From NCBI GenBank assembly GCA_028534125.1, contig CM052816.1:98086001-98150000 (forward strand): a stretch of DNA of 64,000 nt. Direction: 5' to 3'. How positions within the stretch are numbered: the first letter of the stretch is position 1; each line of letters opens with the position of its first letter. Position numbers and translations under genes: made by a program. Of the stretch, positions 52,240-64,000 are shown one piece after another. A model generated the notes under the pieces. It was given only the letters and a program-made list of their open reading frames with translations. It was not told the origin of the DNA and made no database searches. Source of the stretch: Lama glama (Eukaryota).

Positions 52240-53385
52240 CTTAACATTTTATTCTTTACTCTTTATTTAAAATAATTTTAGATTAATAGAAGCATTGCAA
52301 AGATAGAAAATGTGTTTGTCAAAACTAGAAATTGCCTTTGGTATAATATTATCGATGAAACCGCAAACTCTTTTAAGATTTCATGTTTTCCCACTAATGT
52401 CCTTTTCTGTTAAGGGATCCAACCAAACCAGTTTCCATGATGCATTCCATCATCCTTGTGTTTCCTTAGCCTCTGCCAATCTTTTTCTCTGTGTTCCCTA
52501 AACACTTCATTGTCCTGACATGTTTGAAGATTATTAGTCAGGTGTTTTGTAAAACATCTCTCTCTCTGGGTTTGTGTGATGTTTTCTCACAATCAGATCG
52601 AGGTTAAGGATTTTGAGGAAGAGTACCACAGAGGTGGTGGACTGTTCTCAGCACGTGGATGCGAGGAGCGCTCAGTCCTCGTGATGTTAACCTCGATCAC
52701 TTGATAAAGGTGTTGCTGGGGGGGATTCTCCATTATAAAGTTACCATGTTTCTCAATTTAATTTTGGGGAAGATACTCTGAGGTTAAATAAATACAAGAG
52801 GGAGGATATAGCTCAGCAGTAGAGCACGTACTTAGCATGCATGTGGTCCTGGGTTCAATCCCCAACACCTGCTCTAAAAATAAATCAATAAATTAACCTA
52901 ACTACCTACCCCCAACACAAAAATTAAATAGTATTTTTCTCCTTAAGGTTTTGCCCTTCAGTGTTAGCATTCATCAGTGAGCCTTGCCTGCAAGAAGTTT
53001 TACTGTGGTTTCTAATGGTGACTTTCTATTTCCCTCATCCCTTCTACGCTTATTTGTGAGAATTACCCTCTAAGGGATATTTGTGATTGATCGATTGATT
53101 GATCCAATCAGTTGTTTATATCAGTATGCACTTGGATATTTATTTGAGTCTTGGAGTTATAATCCAATACTATCATTACTATGTGTTTTGTTGCTAAACT
53201 TGTTTTAGCTTTGGTCATAGAGAGCTTTTTCAGGTTGACTCTTGTGTCTTTTTGATGTGTTTCCTTCCCTCCTTCCTCATTCTCTTCCTTCCTTTCCTTC
53301 TTTCTATTTTTGAGCATTTTCTTACTTGAAGGCACCAAAAAATGGTCCAAACTCATCTTTTATTGTATTTTCCCTGCCCCTAGCT
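52240..53385 (-). mobile_element. Ancient L1 (L1MC-like) 3'UTR, interrupted by a SINE
   Basis: TTTTCCCACTAATGTCCTTTTCTG, GATGTTAACCTCGATCACTTG and TTATAATCCAATACTATCATTA are L1MC 3'UTR antisense motifs. Confidence 0.8.
52798..52928 (+). mobile_element. tRNA-derived SINE (camelid Vic-1-like)
   Basis: GAGGGAGGATATAGCTCAGCAGTAGAGCACGTACTTAGCATGCATGTGGTCCTGGGTTCAATCCCCAACACC plus an A-rich tail; homologous to 17106-17260. Confidence 0.92.
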
Positions 53386-53924
53386 AACTTGGTTTTTCAA
53401 ACAGCGAGTAGCATGATGAGAGACAATTTTGGAAGACCCACTTGGTGGAGGATGGGTGTGTCGACGGAGTGACTGCTGCAGTGATCAAGCTGGAGATGGT
53501 GAGGCCGGAACCAAGCCTGTGGCAGTGGGGATGTAAAAAGGGGGAGCACAGGCAGGCGGTGGAAGACATAGAATCAACAGGTTCTCCTGCTGTTTGGAGT
53601 CAAAAGAGAGTAGGGTGTGACAGGCTGGCTTCTGTGATGATGGGTGGGGCTGCAGTTCATGGGGTTGGAAACACAGGAGGGGATTTGCTTTGCTTTGCTC
53701 CTCTGATTTCCAGCAGCAACCTTATCAAATAAGTTTTCAACTCTCTTACTTTGGGCTCTTTTGGGAAGAGAAATGGTATTTTTCTCTGTGTTGTCACCTC
53801 GGTTCTCTGGATCCTCTTTTTTCTTATCAGGACTTAACTGAGTCATCTGACTTCTTACAAGTGGTGCACTGCTCAGGCAGCCTTTTGGTTTGAGATGCGC
53901 AAGGCAGATGCTCCCTCTTGCTCT

Positions 53925-54895
53925 GCCAGGCACTGTTACGGGAACTGAGAGGAAATACCACAGTGGAGGTAACTGCTCTCACAGAGCTGACAAGTCTAGG
54001 ATACGTAACGAACAAGTGGATAAATAAACAAACCAGATTATTCCAGACGGTGGGATAAGTGTAATGTAAGACATGGAATGGGGCCATCTGATGACTGAGA
54101 ATGAGGGAGGGGTAATTTTGATTGGGTGGTCATTGAGAGTCCCATTAAAGAGGAGCATTGAGCCAAGATCCACATGGAAGAGTCAGACACATAAAGACCC
54201 AAGGAAAGAACAGTCCAGGAAAAGGACTGGCTAGTGAGTGGTCACCAGGTAGGGGGGGAGCTTGGGTGTACTTTTAGGAGCAGATAAAGAATTCATGTGG
54301 CTGAAAAATGGTGGCCTGCGAGGGAGAGTGCAGGTAGGGTTAAAGGGGAGGTTATGGATGAGCTGTTTGGCCACAAGATGAGTTATACTCTAGGAAGAAT
54401 CAGAAGCTGTGCTGTTACTTAGAGGATTCACTCTGATTCACTCCAGTTTTTGTGGTCTTAGTATCGTAGGAAAGCGATGCAGACAGACAGGTCAGGTGAG
54501 AGATGATGGAGGTTGGAAGAGGGTGGTAGAGATAAGCATGAAGAGGAGTGTGTATCTGGGAAGCATTTTGGAGGCATGACAATAAGATTTGCTGATGAAG
54601 TGGGGATCAAGAAAATCAAGGTAGAAACCAAGAGGGAAATCTAAGTTTTTGTTTGCACAACTGGGAACTGGGAACAGATTACTGAGGAGGGAGAGACGTG
54701 GGAGGAGCAAGTTTCCAGTAGGGTGCTGGAGAATTTGGTCTTAGATACATTAATTTGTGATGCTGATTAGAAATCCTCAGGAGATGTTGAGAAGACCTAG
54801 TTTGGCACTCAAGTGAAATATTAATTTGCAAGTTGTCAGTCTAAGAGTGGAATTTTTAAAGCCTTGGAGCTGGAAGGAAGCACCTGGGAAAATGG
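53925..54895 (-). mobile_element. LINE-2 fragment(s)
   Basis: Purine-rich antisense L2: TGCCAGGCACTGTT..., CAGGTGAGAGATGATGG, GATTTGCTGATGAA, TTTAAAGCCTTGGAGCTGGA. Confidence 0.75.
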
Positions 54896-57272
54896 AGACC
54901 GGCCCTCGGGTGTCTTGGTTTTTGTGCCTCCCACAAACTCGGAGGTAGCTTTAGGTTTTAGAGTTCCAAACGCCAAATGATGGCTCTACCCACACAAGGT
55001 GGTCAATTTTAGTAATGTACAAATAAAATAATAGGGCCCTGATGATGAAGAAAATACATAATCCACCTGGATTAAGATGGAGGAAAACAATGGAACAAAG
55101 TTCTTGTAAAACCAATGGCTAGGGAATTGCCGACATGACCGTGTTCACATTCGTTTGTCTCTGGGAATCCGGGAGGAGCTGCAATGGTATTAAGCCTGTT
55201 CCTCAGACTTAGACTCAAAACAGGGGCAGAAGCAGAGTGACGACACTGGAGAAACGTGTGAACACAGAGGTCTTCAGATGTGACCAGGAAAATGAGATGC
55301 ATTCCATCTAGCTTCTCTTAAGGAAAGTATTTACAATGAGGAAATTTCGTGGTTTTTGTCAGTTCAGTAAGTGTAACAAGGCACCAGAAAAATCTATCAG
55401 AGGGCGGGGGTCTCAGAAAACAGCCTGCGGTGACTCCCCAGGAAGGCGTGGGCATCTGGGCCACCATCTCAGAGCCACAGGGGACAGACAGGCTGTAGGT
55501 CTAACAGGCCAGAAACCAGAGATTTAAGAGAGGAAGGCTGGGAATGTCAGCACAAAGTGGGCAAAGAATGTGTAAGCAAGCGCCAGCGCAATCGTTATTT
55601 TGATGTCTTTACCCCATGCTACCATATCCACGGCAGTTGCACATGGAATTAGGACCCCAAGAGAAGGCACGTTAATGAGGAGTGATTCAAGGTGAGCCAG
55701 GATGTGGAACTTGATATTAGGGGTGGAGTCAGCTGGCTCTGATGAGGGCCGTCTCCAGGTAGGGTTATCTAACTCAGGGACACACAGGCAATACTGCCTT
55801 GAGCAGGGGATGTCTTTGGCCAATTTTGAACTTCCAGATGTCATCTCTCTCACGATGAGATTCTTCCCAAGACAAAATCTAGTGCGATATGCTAGAAAAA
55901 CAAATGTCGGAGACTAGAAAGCTGAAAGAAGATCAAAGGAAGGAAGGTGCTGGATTCCAGCAAGTTGTACTAAATTTCCATTTCACAGGGAAAGGCAGGA
56001 AATAGCTTAAGAAGCATGTCAAACTGTTAGGAAGTCAGCTGAGCTTAGGGGGAAATAAGACACTAGGGGCGTACTCCACTCCACTTCCTCCACCACTGGA
56101 GGAAGAACACTGATGTCGTAGCAGATATGCTGACCAAAGCCTGGGTTACAGGGGAGAGGACAGAAGCATCTGGAGAGCACACGGCAGGTCCTCCTTGGGT
56201 CCAGAGGAAGCAGACTTCAGAAGCACCAGCATGCTTGTTCATGCGTCAGTGAGGCTGGTTCTTCAGTTGGGATACAGGTGGGAAGGAGGGGAAAGTGTTC
56301 AGATGGGGCAAGTTTCACAGACGTATACAATCCACAGTGGGAACGGGTGGCAGCCACCTCTGTGGCCCTGGTGGACTTATAAGAGAAAGCAGAGCTGATA
56401 CCATTAGATAAAACCCACCATCCGTGGAGTATTGGGGCCCGCAGGAAAGAGGGGGATTGAGGGAAAATGGAGACTGAGAGTATTCATAACATGCAGAAAG
56501 GAGAGGAGTAATCTCTCAAATGAGCCCTGGGACTGGCATGCCACAATCGCACATTTCTAGTCTTTGCAGAAGGGAGAGACGTCTGATGTATGTCTCTCAG
56601 AGATGAAGAGTTAGTGCACATTTTTTTTTCTTTCCTAAATGCCTAGTGTTAAGACCAGGCACGATGGGAGATCGTATTTGACGAGGTTCAGATAACAAGT
56701 GATGGAGTCCAGATTCAGGGCTGGCTTCCTGGGCCCTGCACCCGGACAGGCCCTCTTTGTGCCTCAGTGGAGCATGCGTGTGAGACAGGAGAGCCCTTAA
56801 AGGAGGCCTGAGGACTGGCAAATCCGCACGGTGTGCGCATCCTCTGCCCCCTGCCATCTGGCTCGCACGAGACACCCACACGAGTAGAATCCCCATGGGC
56901 TCCAGGTACGTGGGATCTGAACTTTCTACTATTCGTGGTGCCAGCAGGGTTGAGATTGTCTTAAAGTTTTGATTAACACTTTGGATTCTTTAAAGTGTGA
57001 GGCTCACAAGGGCCTTGTGTTGAAGGAACTCCGCCTGTGAGGTCTTGAAATCTCCGTGACGAAGTCAGGGAAGACAAGTCACATGCAGCGACAGACAGGA
57101 GCCCAGGGCAGCCTGGGTGCCTGAGAGAGGCCCCGGGTTAAGGTGGAGCAAACGAGAGGTTTTTGTGTTTTCTCTCATTTTAATTTCTTTACACTTTAAA
57201 ACTTTATTTTCAGGCTTTTGAAATTTTCTTTAGCCTTTCGATTTTAGACTTCAGCTCCCTTGGTTTAGGGAG

Positions 57273-57736
57273 TGTTGACTGAAATAAATGCGCAGCCTGA
57301 AAGTTGAGACTTATCTTTTATTCGGCGGGAGGACTCGAGCCGGGATGACAGCCTCTCAGATGGCTCTGAGGAACTGCTCCGGAGAGGCTGGGGAGGAGCT
57401 AGGATATACAGGAGCTTTACAACAAAGACCGGGTAGTCGGAACAATGAAAGATTACTTGTTATCTAAAGAAAGCCAGGCATCTCAAGTTAAAGAACTTAG
57501 TGCTTTTCTCTTTATGGGAGGAAGCAAACATTTGGGCTCACTGAATTCATTCCTTTGACAAGCACCTAGCTATGTAGGGCCAGAGGCCTGTCCTTGCTTA
57601 TTCTGGGTCCCCTCAGGGTGCACCACTGTGAGTGGCCGCAGGCTTGTCTGCACTGGGGGTGGTGGCAGCCGCTGATGACTTGATGGCTTCAGCATTCCTG
57701 GTTTACAGAGATGGTTTGCAGTATTTTTCGTTCACA
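57273..57736 (-). mobile_element. ERV1-type solo LTR with 4-bp TSD
   Basis: TG...CA termini, perfect GGAG duplication at 57269-57272 and 57737-57740, TTTATT (antisense polyA signal) near 57317; homologous to 25790-26177. Confidence 0.88.
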
Positions 57737-57914
57737 GGAGTTAGGGAGGAAAATTTTTCATTCTCATTTCTTTGGATTTTAAGTTATGAGGAAAAGGGAA
57801 TTTAATATTTGTATTTCAACTCTGAAAAGTTGTTAAGTGAGAGGGTTTCTATTCAAGTTTGAGGCCTCTCGGTACTGCAGGCATTTTATTATTTGATCGC
57901 CTTTTTTTTTTAGC

Positions 57915-58260
57915 ATTTAAGCTCTTCACACCACCTGGCCTCATCCTAATCTAATGTCAGTGCCCTTTCTCTCAAGGTGCACACACAATCACACACATAT
58001 TCTCTGCCCTGGGCACACTTCACTTTGCCTGAAAAGACCTACCTTGTGCCTTTGCACACACCGTCCCCTTCTCTGGAATATCTCTCCTTCCTCCTTGTCT
58101 TGCAAACTCAAGGCGCATCTCAGATGTCTCTTCTTCCCTGTGACTCTCACTGAGAGTAGCTTCTCTCCTCTCAGACGTCTGTGCAGCCTCCTCCGTAGGC
58201 GCAGGAGGGGAATTACCTCTGCTGTGACCCTGCACCTCTGCACTCCCTTGGCGTTGGCAT
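57915..58260 (+). mobile_element. LINE-2 fragment
   Basis: TGTGCCTTTGCACACACCGTCCCCTTCTCTGGAAT...CTCAAGGCGCATCTCAGATGTCTCTTC. Confidence 0.65.
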
Positions 58261-58439
58261 CTGCCGTGGCCCAGGGTTGTCCAAGTTCCAAAGGAATTAC
58301 ATATGCCACAGGCACTAACATCTCTTCCATTTACGATGGGTCACCTTTCTTTTTAGAACTTTTTAGAACTTGTGCAAACTCTGACTGCTCCAGTCCAGGA
58401 CCCCTTTTGGTATCAGCATCTCTGCTGTGCTGATGACTT

Positions 58440-58817
58440 TTATTTGCTTTTCCGTCTCCGACCTCCACCCTGCCCCACCTACCGCACGCCCTAGAAGACT
58501 GACCTGCAAGGACCAGTTCTCCTCTGCCTTCCTGTTGGGTTTGGCCAGTGATGCTGGAAGACGATCTTCAGTTCCTACTTATGGGATCTCAGCAACTTGG
58601 TGACTTTCTGCACTTTCAATACAGCCGCTCTCTGGGTTCTGGAAGTGCCCCTCGCCTGAGCCTGTGGGTCTCCCCGGTGCTGCCAGCACCCCTGGTGCTG
58701 CGTCTTCCTGTGTTGATTTTTCTTACTTCTGCCCACCTCTCTGTAAACATCCCCTGTATTAATTTTCCTTAGTTGACTTATTGACATGCTGCTTCTTGTC
58801 GGGACCCAGACTGACAT
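58440..58817 (+). mobile_element. ERVL LTR16-like LTR
   Basis: TTCCTGTTGGGTTTGGCCAGTG...CTGCCCACCTCTCTGTAAACATCCCCTGTATTAA...GGGACCCAGACTGACA. Confidence 0.7.
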
Positions 58818-58904
58818 ATTGGAGAAGACGGATAATATAAACCTAATAGTAAAATTTATAGCAAAAGAAAATGAGTTGCCTTGAGGAAGATTTCATTGAG
58901 ACCT

Positions 58905-59463
58905 TTGGTTTCATTTTCTCTTGCTGCATGACGAAGTACCACACTCTTAGCAGTTTAGAACAAAACCCATTTGTTATGTCACATACAAAGGTCAGAAGTC
59001 CACACTCAGCACAAGACTGGAATCAGGTGTTGACTTGGCTGCCTTCTGATCTGGAGGCTCTGGGCAAGGGTCTGCTTCCAGCTCACTCAGGTTGGTGGCT
59101 GAGTTCAGTCTTTGCGGTTGCAGGACTAAGGTCTCCACTCCTTTGCAGGTTGTCAGCAGGGGGCTGCTCTCGGCTCCTAGAAGCAGTGCACACTCCTTGC
59201 CGCCTGACCCTCTGTCTCCATTTTCACAGCCAGGGATGGAGCGTTTCCCCTGCGTCAAGCCCCTCTCCACTTGGATGTCCTCCTCCAGGAAGAGCCACGC
59301 TTGTTCTCCCGGTTCACTGGATCAGGGTACCTGCGCCCTACAACAAACCTCAGCATGTGAGGGTGTGCCCTGCTCCCATTCCCAGGTCCCCCCTAACATA
59401 GGAGGGGATTCTACCAGGGCACGTGGGTCACCAGGGGGTCACTTTAGGATTCTGTCTGTCACA
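58905..59463 (-). mobile_element. MaLR MLT1E-like solo LTR
   Basis: CTGGAGGCTCTGGGCAAGGGTCTGCTTCCAGCTCACTCAGGTTGGTGGC...GGTTGCAGGACTAAGGTC...TTAGGATTCTGTCTGTCACA. Confidence 0.8.
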
Positions 59464-62254
59464 GCCTTAGCGAGTCCTGGTGGGAGTCATTCATTGCTCA
59501 GTTTTCCAGTAGCAATGACATACGTCCCCTGGACTCAGCCTTTTCCTTGGAAAGCTGTGGGCAAGCCCAGCTACCTTCTGGATCTTTGCACCACCTTGCT
59601 GTTGTGTGCTCCAGGCTCCTATCTAGGGACTCACCACCCTCCTGGAAGGTGTTCGGAGAGGAGAAGGGAGATTTTTATTTCCATCATTACTAAGGTCTGG
59701 CGGGCTTTGGCCACAGGTGCTGGGCACGCTCTCTCGTGATGCAAGGGAGCGCCCAGCACGAGCGTTTCCCTGCGCACTTGGTTCCTCAGGAGAGAACCCT
59801 GTAGCATAGTTTATGCTTCTGTTCAGTAAATTATAATCACATTCCAGTGGCTTCCAGGAGAATATTTCCACGTCATATTTTGGGGAAAAAGTTTTTCCTG
59901 TGTTTGTGTGAGGTGGACATTTTTAGATAATATTTTGGGTAGATGGGAATCCTGGGGAAATATAGCCCTTAAATGAACCAGTAACAGATGACTGGGGCTT
60001 CAGCTGTGGAAGAGAAAATGATTCTAGAAGAATTTTTCCATGGTTACCTGAGGAAAATAAGACCCATCACATCACTACCAGTACAGGGTCCTTCAAGATG
60101 GACGTGGTGCCTGCATAGGCTGGCCATGCCCCCAGTCAGACTAGCTCAGACTGTGTAATTTCGGGGACCCCTAAGTACAATACACCAATGGGTCCTACAG
60201 CTTTTTCTGTCTCATCTCTGGAGTCTGTCTCCTTCTTTATGGCTGCTTCATAGCCGAGTTGACCAAATATTTCTTGACCTTACACCATATTCTGGGCACC
60301 ATCCCAATTACTTCTTATTTAAGACTTACCTTTATGGCTTGTTTAGTTTCTCTCTCCCAGACTAGACTCACCCCAATTAATTTTTCATTCTGACAACCTC
60401 AAGCAATCAAGTTAGGTTATTGAGCAAAATCCTTCAGCACTTCTCCGGTGCCTTCTTTGTTTCCAGTTCTCGCAGCAAGACCCACCCTCTCCGATGTGAT
60501 TCCAAACCACACTTCATGTCTCATCCCCAACCCCCAGCCCACCGCCCCTCCCCAATGACCAGCTCCCCTGAACTTGCTTTCTTTTTTGCTGCACTCAATC
60601 CACATCTTCTCCCTAAAATGCTTCCCCGCAATCTCTGCTCATTGAAGCAGAACTCATCTTATAAACACCTTGCTAGATAACTTGTCATTCACTACATCTT
60701 CAAAAATTTTCCTAAAAAGATATAACCTGTTCCTTGTTGAGATGGGGACGGGCCTGCTTCCCCTGCTTTATGTTTTCATGTGGGCTGGTTTCCATCAGCT
60801 GTATTCACACCCCGTGTATAAGGTGAAACAGTCACTTCAAAGATCCTGAGGCAAAGCCAGAAGTCCTTACCAGAAAGATCCCAAGGGAGGTTGAAATGAC
60901 TCCCTGGTTGTTTAAGCACAGGGCTGACACTGCACATAACCACACTTGGAGACAATCACTGTCTTTGCGAGCTCTCAGGCATCTTCTGCTGTCAGCCCCC
61001 CTCTGCCTCATCTGAATGCGTGACACTTACAACCTTTAAACACAGGGAAGAAAGAGGAGCTGCCCCTGCCTCCCGGGTGCTGTGAAGCCCACGGACATGC
61101 CAGTCAGAAGTGTTCTTACTTCCATCCTCTGAATTTTATTGTTCTAGCTTAACCTTCTATTTCCATTAAACATACTCTCTAAAACGAACCTCAGATTGAT
61201 AACTGTTTCTCATAGCTTCCATGCAGAGGTACATTTTTCTAAACTACTTGTTAGAATTCCTCCATGCATTGCAATGAAATTGAATTAATCCTTGTTCATA
61301 TCAGATAGATTTTTTTCAGATATTAAAAAAAAATACATGACCATGGCTGTTTATATAGAACCATAGAATTAATTGTGAGCGGTTAGAGTAGCAGGCACCT
61401 TTTGAAATCATTCTATTGGGGATTATTTGAACCAGTGGAGGAAGTGAGGGCTTGTGGTGTTAAGCAATTGTCTACAACCTCACGATTATATTGCATTTCA
61501 TGGGCAACAGATTCCTTTCTGGTGATGAAGAGGGCATTTTGTGCTGCGCACGAAGGAAAAGATGGGGGGAAAGTAGGAAGTGAGCCCGTGTAGGGCCCTG
61601 GGTTTCCCCGGCATCAGGCACTGGGGTCCAAGAGCGGACTCAGCTGTTCCACTCTGCCAAGGGTTTTGTTTTTCTCTGCATTGTGGCATGTTTCAGTTCC
61701 AGGTTCCCCCAGCTGGAAAGTTGAAAACTATGCCAACCTCTTCGTTGGTAAGAGTGTTTTTAAACTCATGGTTCTTCAGCACAGGATTTAGTGGTTGCTG
61801 TGTCCACAGTGAGAACTGAACACTGAGCAAGGTCGTCAACAAAGGTGGGCACCACTGGGTCTGGGATCATCAGAAATACCCCCAGGGCTGCCCAGGGACC
61901 ATTCCCGGCACCAGCTCAGCTGAGTCCTTCTATCCCCCATCAAATTCTCACTTTCACTTTTAGATGTACTTTTGAGAATGACATAAATTTACACTCCAAC
62001 ATACTCCTTCTCAAAAGCATTGAGAGCAAAATAATTACCAGTGGACACTCTTTCTCCCATTCAAACAGAAAATGTGAAATGCCAACGAACTCAGAAATAG
62101 GAAACAAAAACACTCCATCACGGATGTGCCACTCACACCGCCCCAGTCCCCCATGTCCATCAGCTCGCTAATTGTCAGAACCAAAGACTTCTAAGCTCGA
62201 AACTCTTTCCCGCACTTCCTGTTAGGCACGTCACCCCTGTCATCTGTTTGGAAA

Positions 62255-62365
62255 CCCCAGGACTCATTTGTTCCATTTTACAGAAGAGGAAACCGGCTTT
62301 CTGAGAATTGAGGAGACTTGCTGGGGCCCTACTCAGTGGGTCCAGACTCAGTGAGTCCAGACCCA
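62255..62365 (-). mobile_element. MIR SINE fragment
   Basis: CCATTTTACAGAAGAGGAAACCGG core. Confidence 0.65.
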
Positions 62366-63244
62366 TCTTTGGACTGAAATGCAGGGTTGCGACAAGGAGG
62401 GGTTTGAGCTGATGCTGTACAGGTGGAGCCTGCTGTGCGTCATTCTCAAAAGATGACTTACATTAACAAAGAAAGGTAAAATCCGTGGCTAACTGAAGTG
62501 AGAACCTCCAGAGGGATGCATGCCTCTCTCCCCCACTGTCTCTGACCTGCTCCAGCTGGGGCAGGTGACAGCCTGTGGAAGGAAGGGCTCCAGAGCCCTT
62601 GGCATCAGGAACAAACAGGCCGTGACTACTAGCTGTATTGCCAAATAACTTTATTCTTAAAAATACCTTGAATGCTTAAAAAATTACCACCCCCTAATTA
62701 ACATTTGTGATCTAGGGAGTTGACTAATGGCTGTATCTCTTACATCTCACGTATCCTACATTGAATTGTATAGATTATTAGCTTCTCTAAGCTTTCCAAA
62801 TGTCATTTGTTGCAGCCCAGAATGTAAACCTTGACCAATCCCCCTTCACCCCAAACTTGGTCATCAATCTGGCAATCATGCAGAGCAATAAAAATAATTT
62901 CACATTTGGAGTTGGAAAATGGATTTGAGCTGAACACTAAACATGTTTTTAATAAATGCTGAGCAGCAGGCTGCCTGCTTAGAGAAGAAAACCTGTTTGT
63001 CAAAGGAAGAGAACATTATTGTGAAGGTATCAACTTGCTTGAAAGGGCATGTGTTGTGTTGGCAGCATTTTTTTTCCCTCCATGATGACGTTATCCCAAC
63101 TGGAATTATACCAAAAAACTCACTTTTTGCTTCTGGAATTTATGAAACTAAATTTTAAGAAGTTACTTTAGGTTATTGACTTTTTTAAAAATAAAGTTGA
63201 AATACATAAGAGTTGTTAAGGTACTCTGCAGTTTGCTCAGTTTC

Positions 63245-63370
63245 ACACCCTGTCTTGGCTCTTTTTGCTGTGTGACCTTGGGCAAATTACTTAACATCTC
63301 TGAGTCTTCATTTTCTCATCTGAAAATTAGTGACAGGCACAGCACATAACAAATGCTCAATAGGTATTCT
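63245..63370 (+). mobile_element. MIR SINE fragment
   Basis: GCTGTGTGACCTTGGGCAAATTACTTAACATCTCTGAGTCTTCATTTTCTCATCTGAAAA core. Confidence 0.9.
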
Positions 63371-64000
63371 TGGAGGGAGATGTCACTTCTTACTGAAGGT
63401 AGACGAGGAGACAATCTTAGATTCTAAAGAGTGCTGGGCAATGGTACTGAAGCTTATGAAACAAACGTAGCTGGCATTGCTGTTTCTTAGCATCATGTCC
63501 AGCTGGTAAACCAGGCTAACACAAAATCAGAATCACATCAATAGGTTTGCTGGACTATAAGCAGCTACCCTTTACCACTGGTGCTTTACTGCACACTTCT
63601 GGGAGAGCGAGGTGGCATTCCTGACCGCAGGCAACAGTGTAGCACTGTCAGCTCTGGACTGATCTTCTGTACTTGTTTTCTCCAGTTGCTTGGAGGTTAG
63701 AATAGGACGATCAGGGTGAAAACTAGGAGCCCATAGGTGCTGAAATTTGCCAGCATGAAGAAATTTAGGTCCTAAATAATGCCACCATGAGCAGAGGTGG
63801 ACATAAAGGAGTCTTCACCTACTGCTGAGGGAGGCCCCCAGTGCCTCCAGAATGACCTCATTAATGAAGCAAAAATCAAGTGATAAGTTATTCCTATAAT
63901 TTGGTAGTTTCATCGAGTGTGATTCCTTACTGATTGCTAATCATTCATGAATTTTAAAATGTGGACAAAAAATTAAAGTAATTTACAAACAATGAGAAAT

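Noticed and set aside
52798..52872. tRNA gene (also 17188-17260)
   Set aside because: A and B boxes are present, but they are followed by a SINE tail, occur in two dispersed diverged copies and interrupt older repeats: SINE heads, not tRNAs.
59092..59739. 215-aa and overlapping 176-aa ORFs
   Set aside because: They lie largely within an antisense MLT1E LTR and show no protein homology.

Overview
This is mammalian non-coding genomic DNA, not prokaryotic. Two tRNA-derived SINEs resembling the camelid Vic-1 family (17106-17260, 52798-52928) suggest Camelidae (alpaca/camel). I recognise no protein-coding exon, RNA gene or CRISPR array; the ORF track is explained by repeats, simple sequence, N-gaps and chance. 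The window is a mosaic of eutherian interspersed repeats: L1, L2, MIR, MaLR MLT1, ERVL MLT2/LTR16/LTR33, two related ERV1-type solo LTRs, and the DNA transposons MER58, MER20, MER53, MER2 and Tigger1. It also has two 500-N assembly gaps and several repeat-free, TAAT-rich blocks that could be conserved enhancers, as in a gene desert or long intron. The most interesting items are an 8-copy 54-bp minisatellite that amplified the E-box + CCAAT module of an MLT1 LTR, a twin-primed 5'-inverted L1 with 17-bp TSDs carrying a nested younger L1, and a ~314-bp segment flanked by a near-perfect 28-bp direct repeat. I do not see evidence of a genuinely new biological system. Repeat family names come from recalled consensus sequences, not a database search, and most boundaries are approximate.
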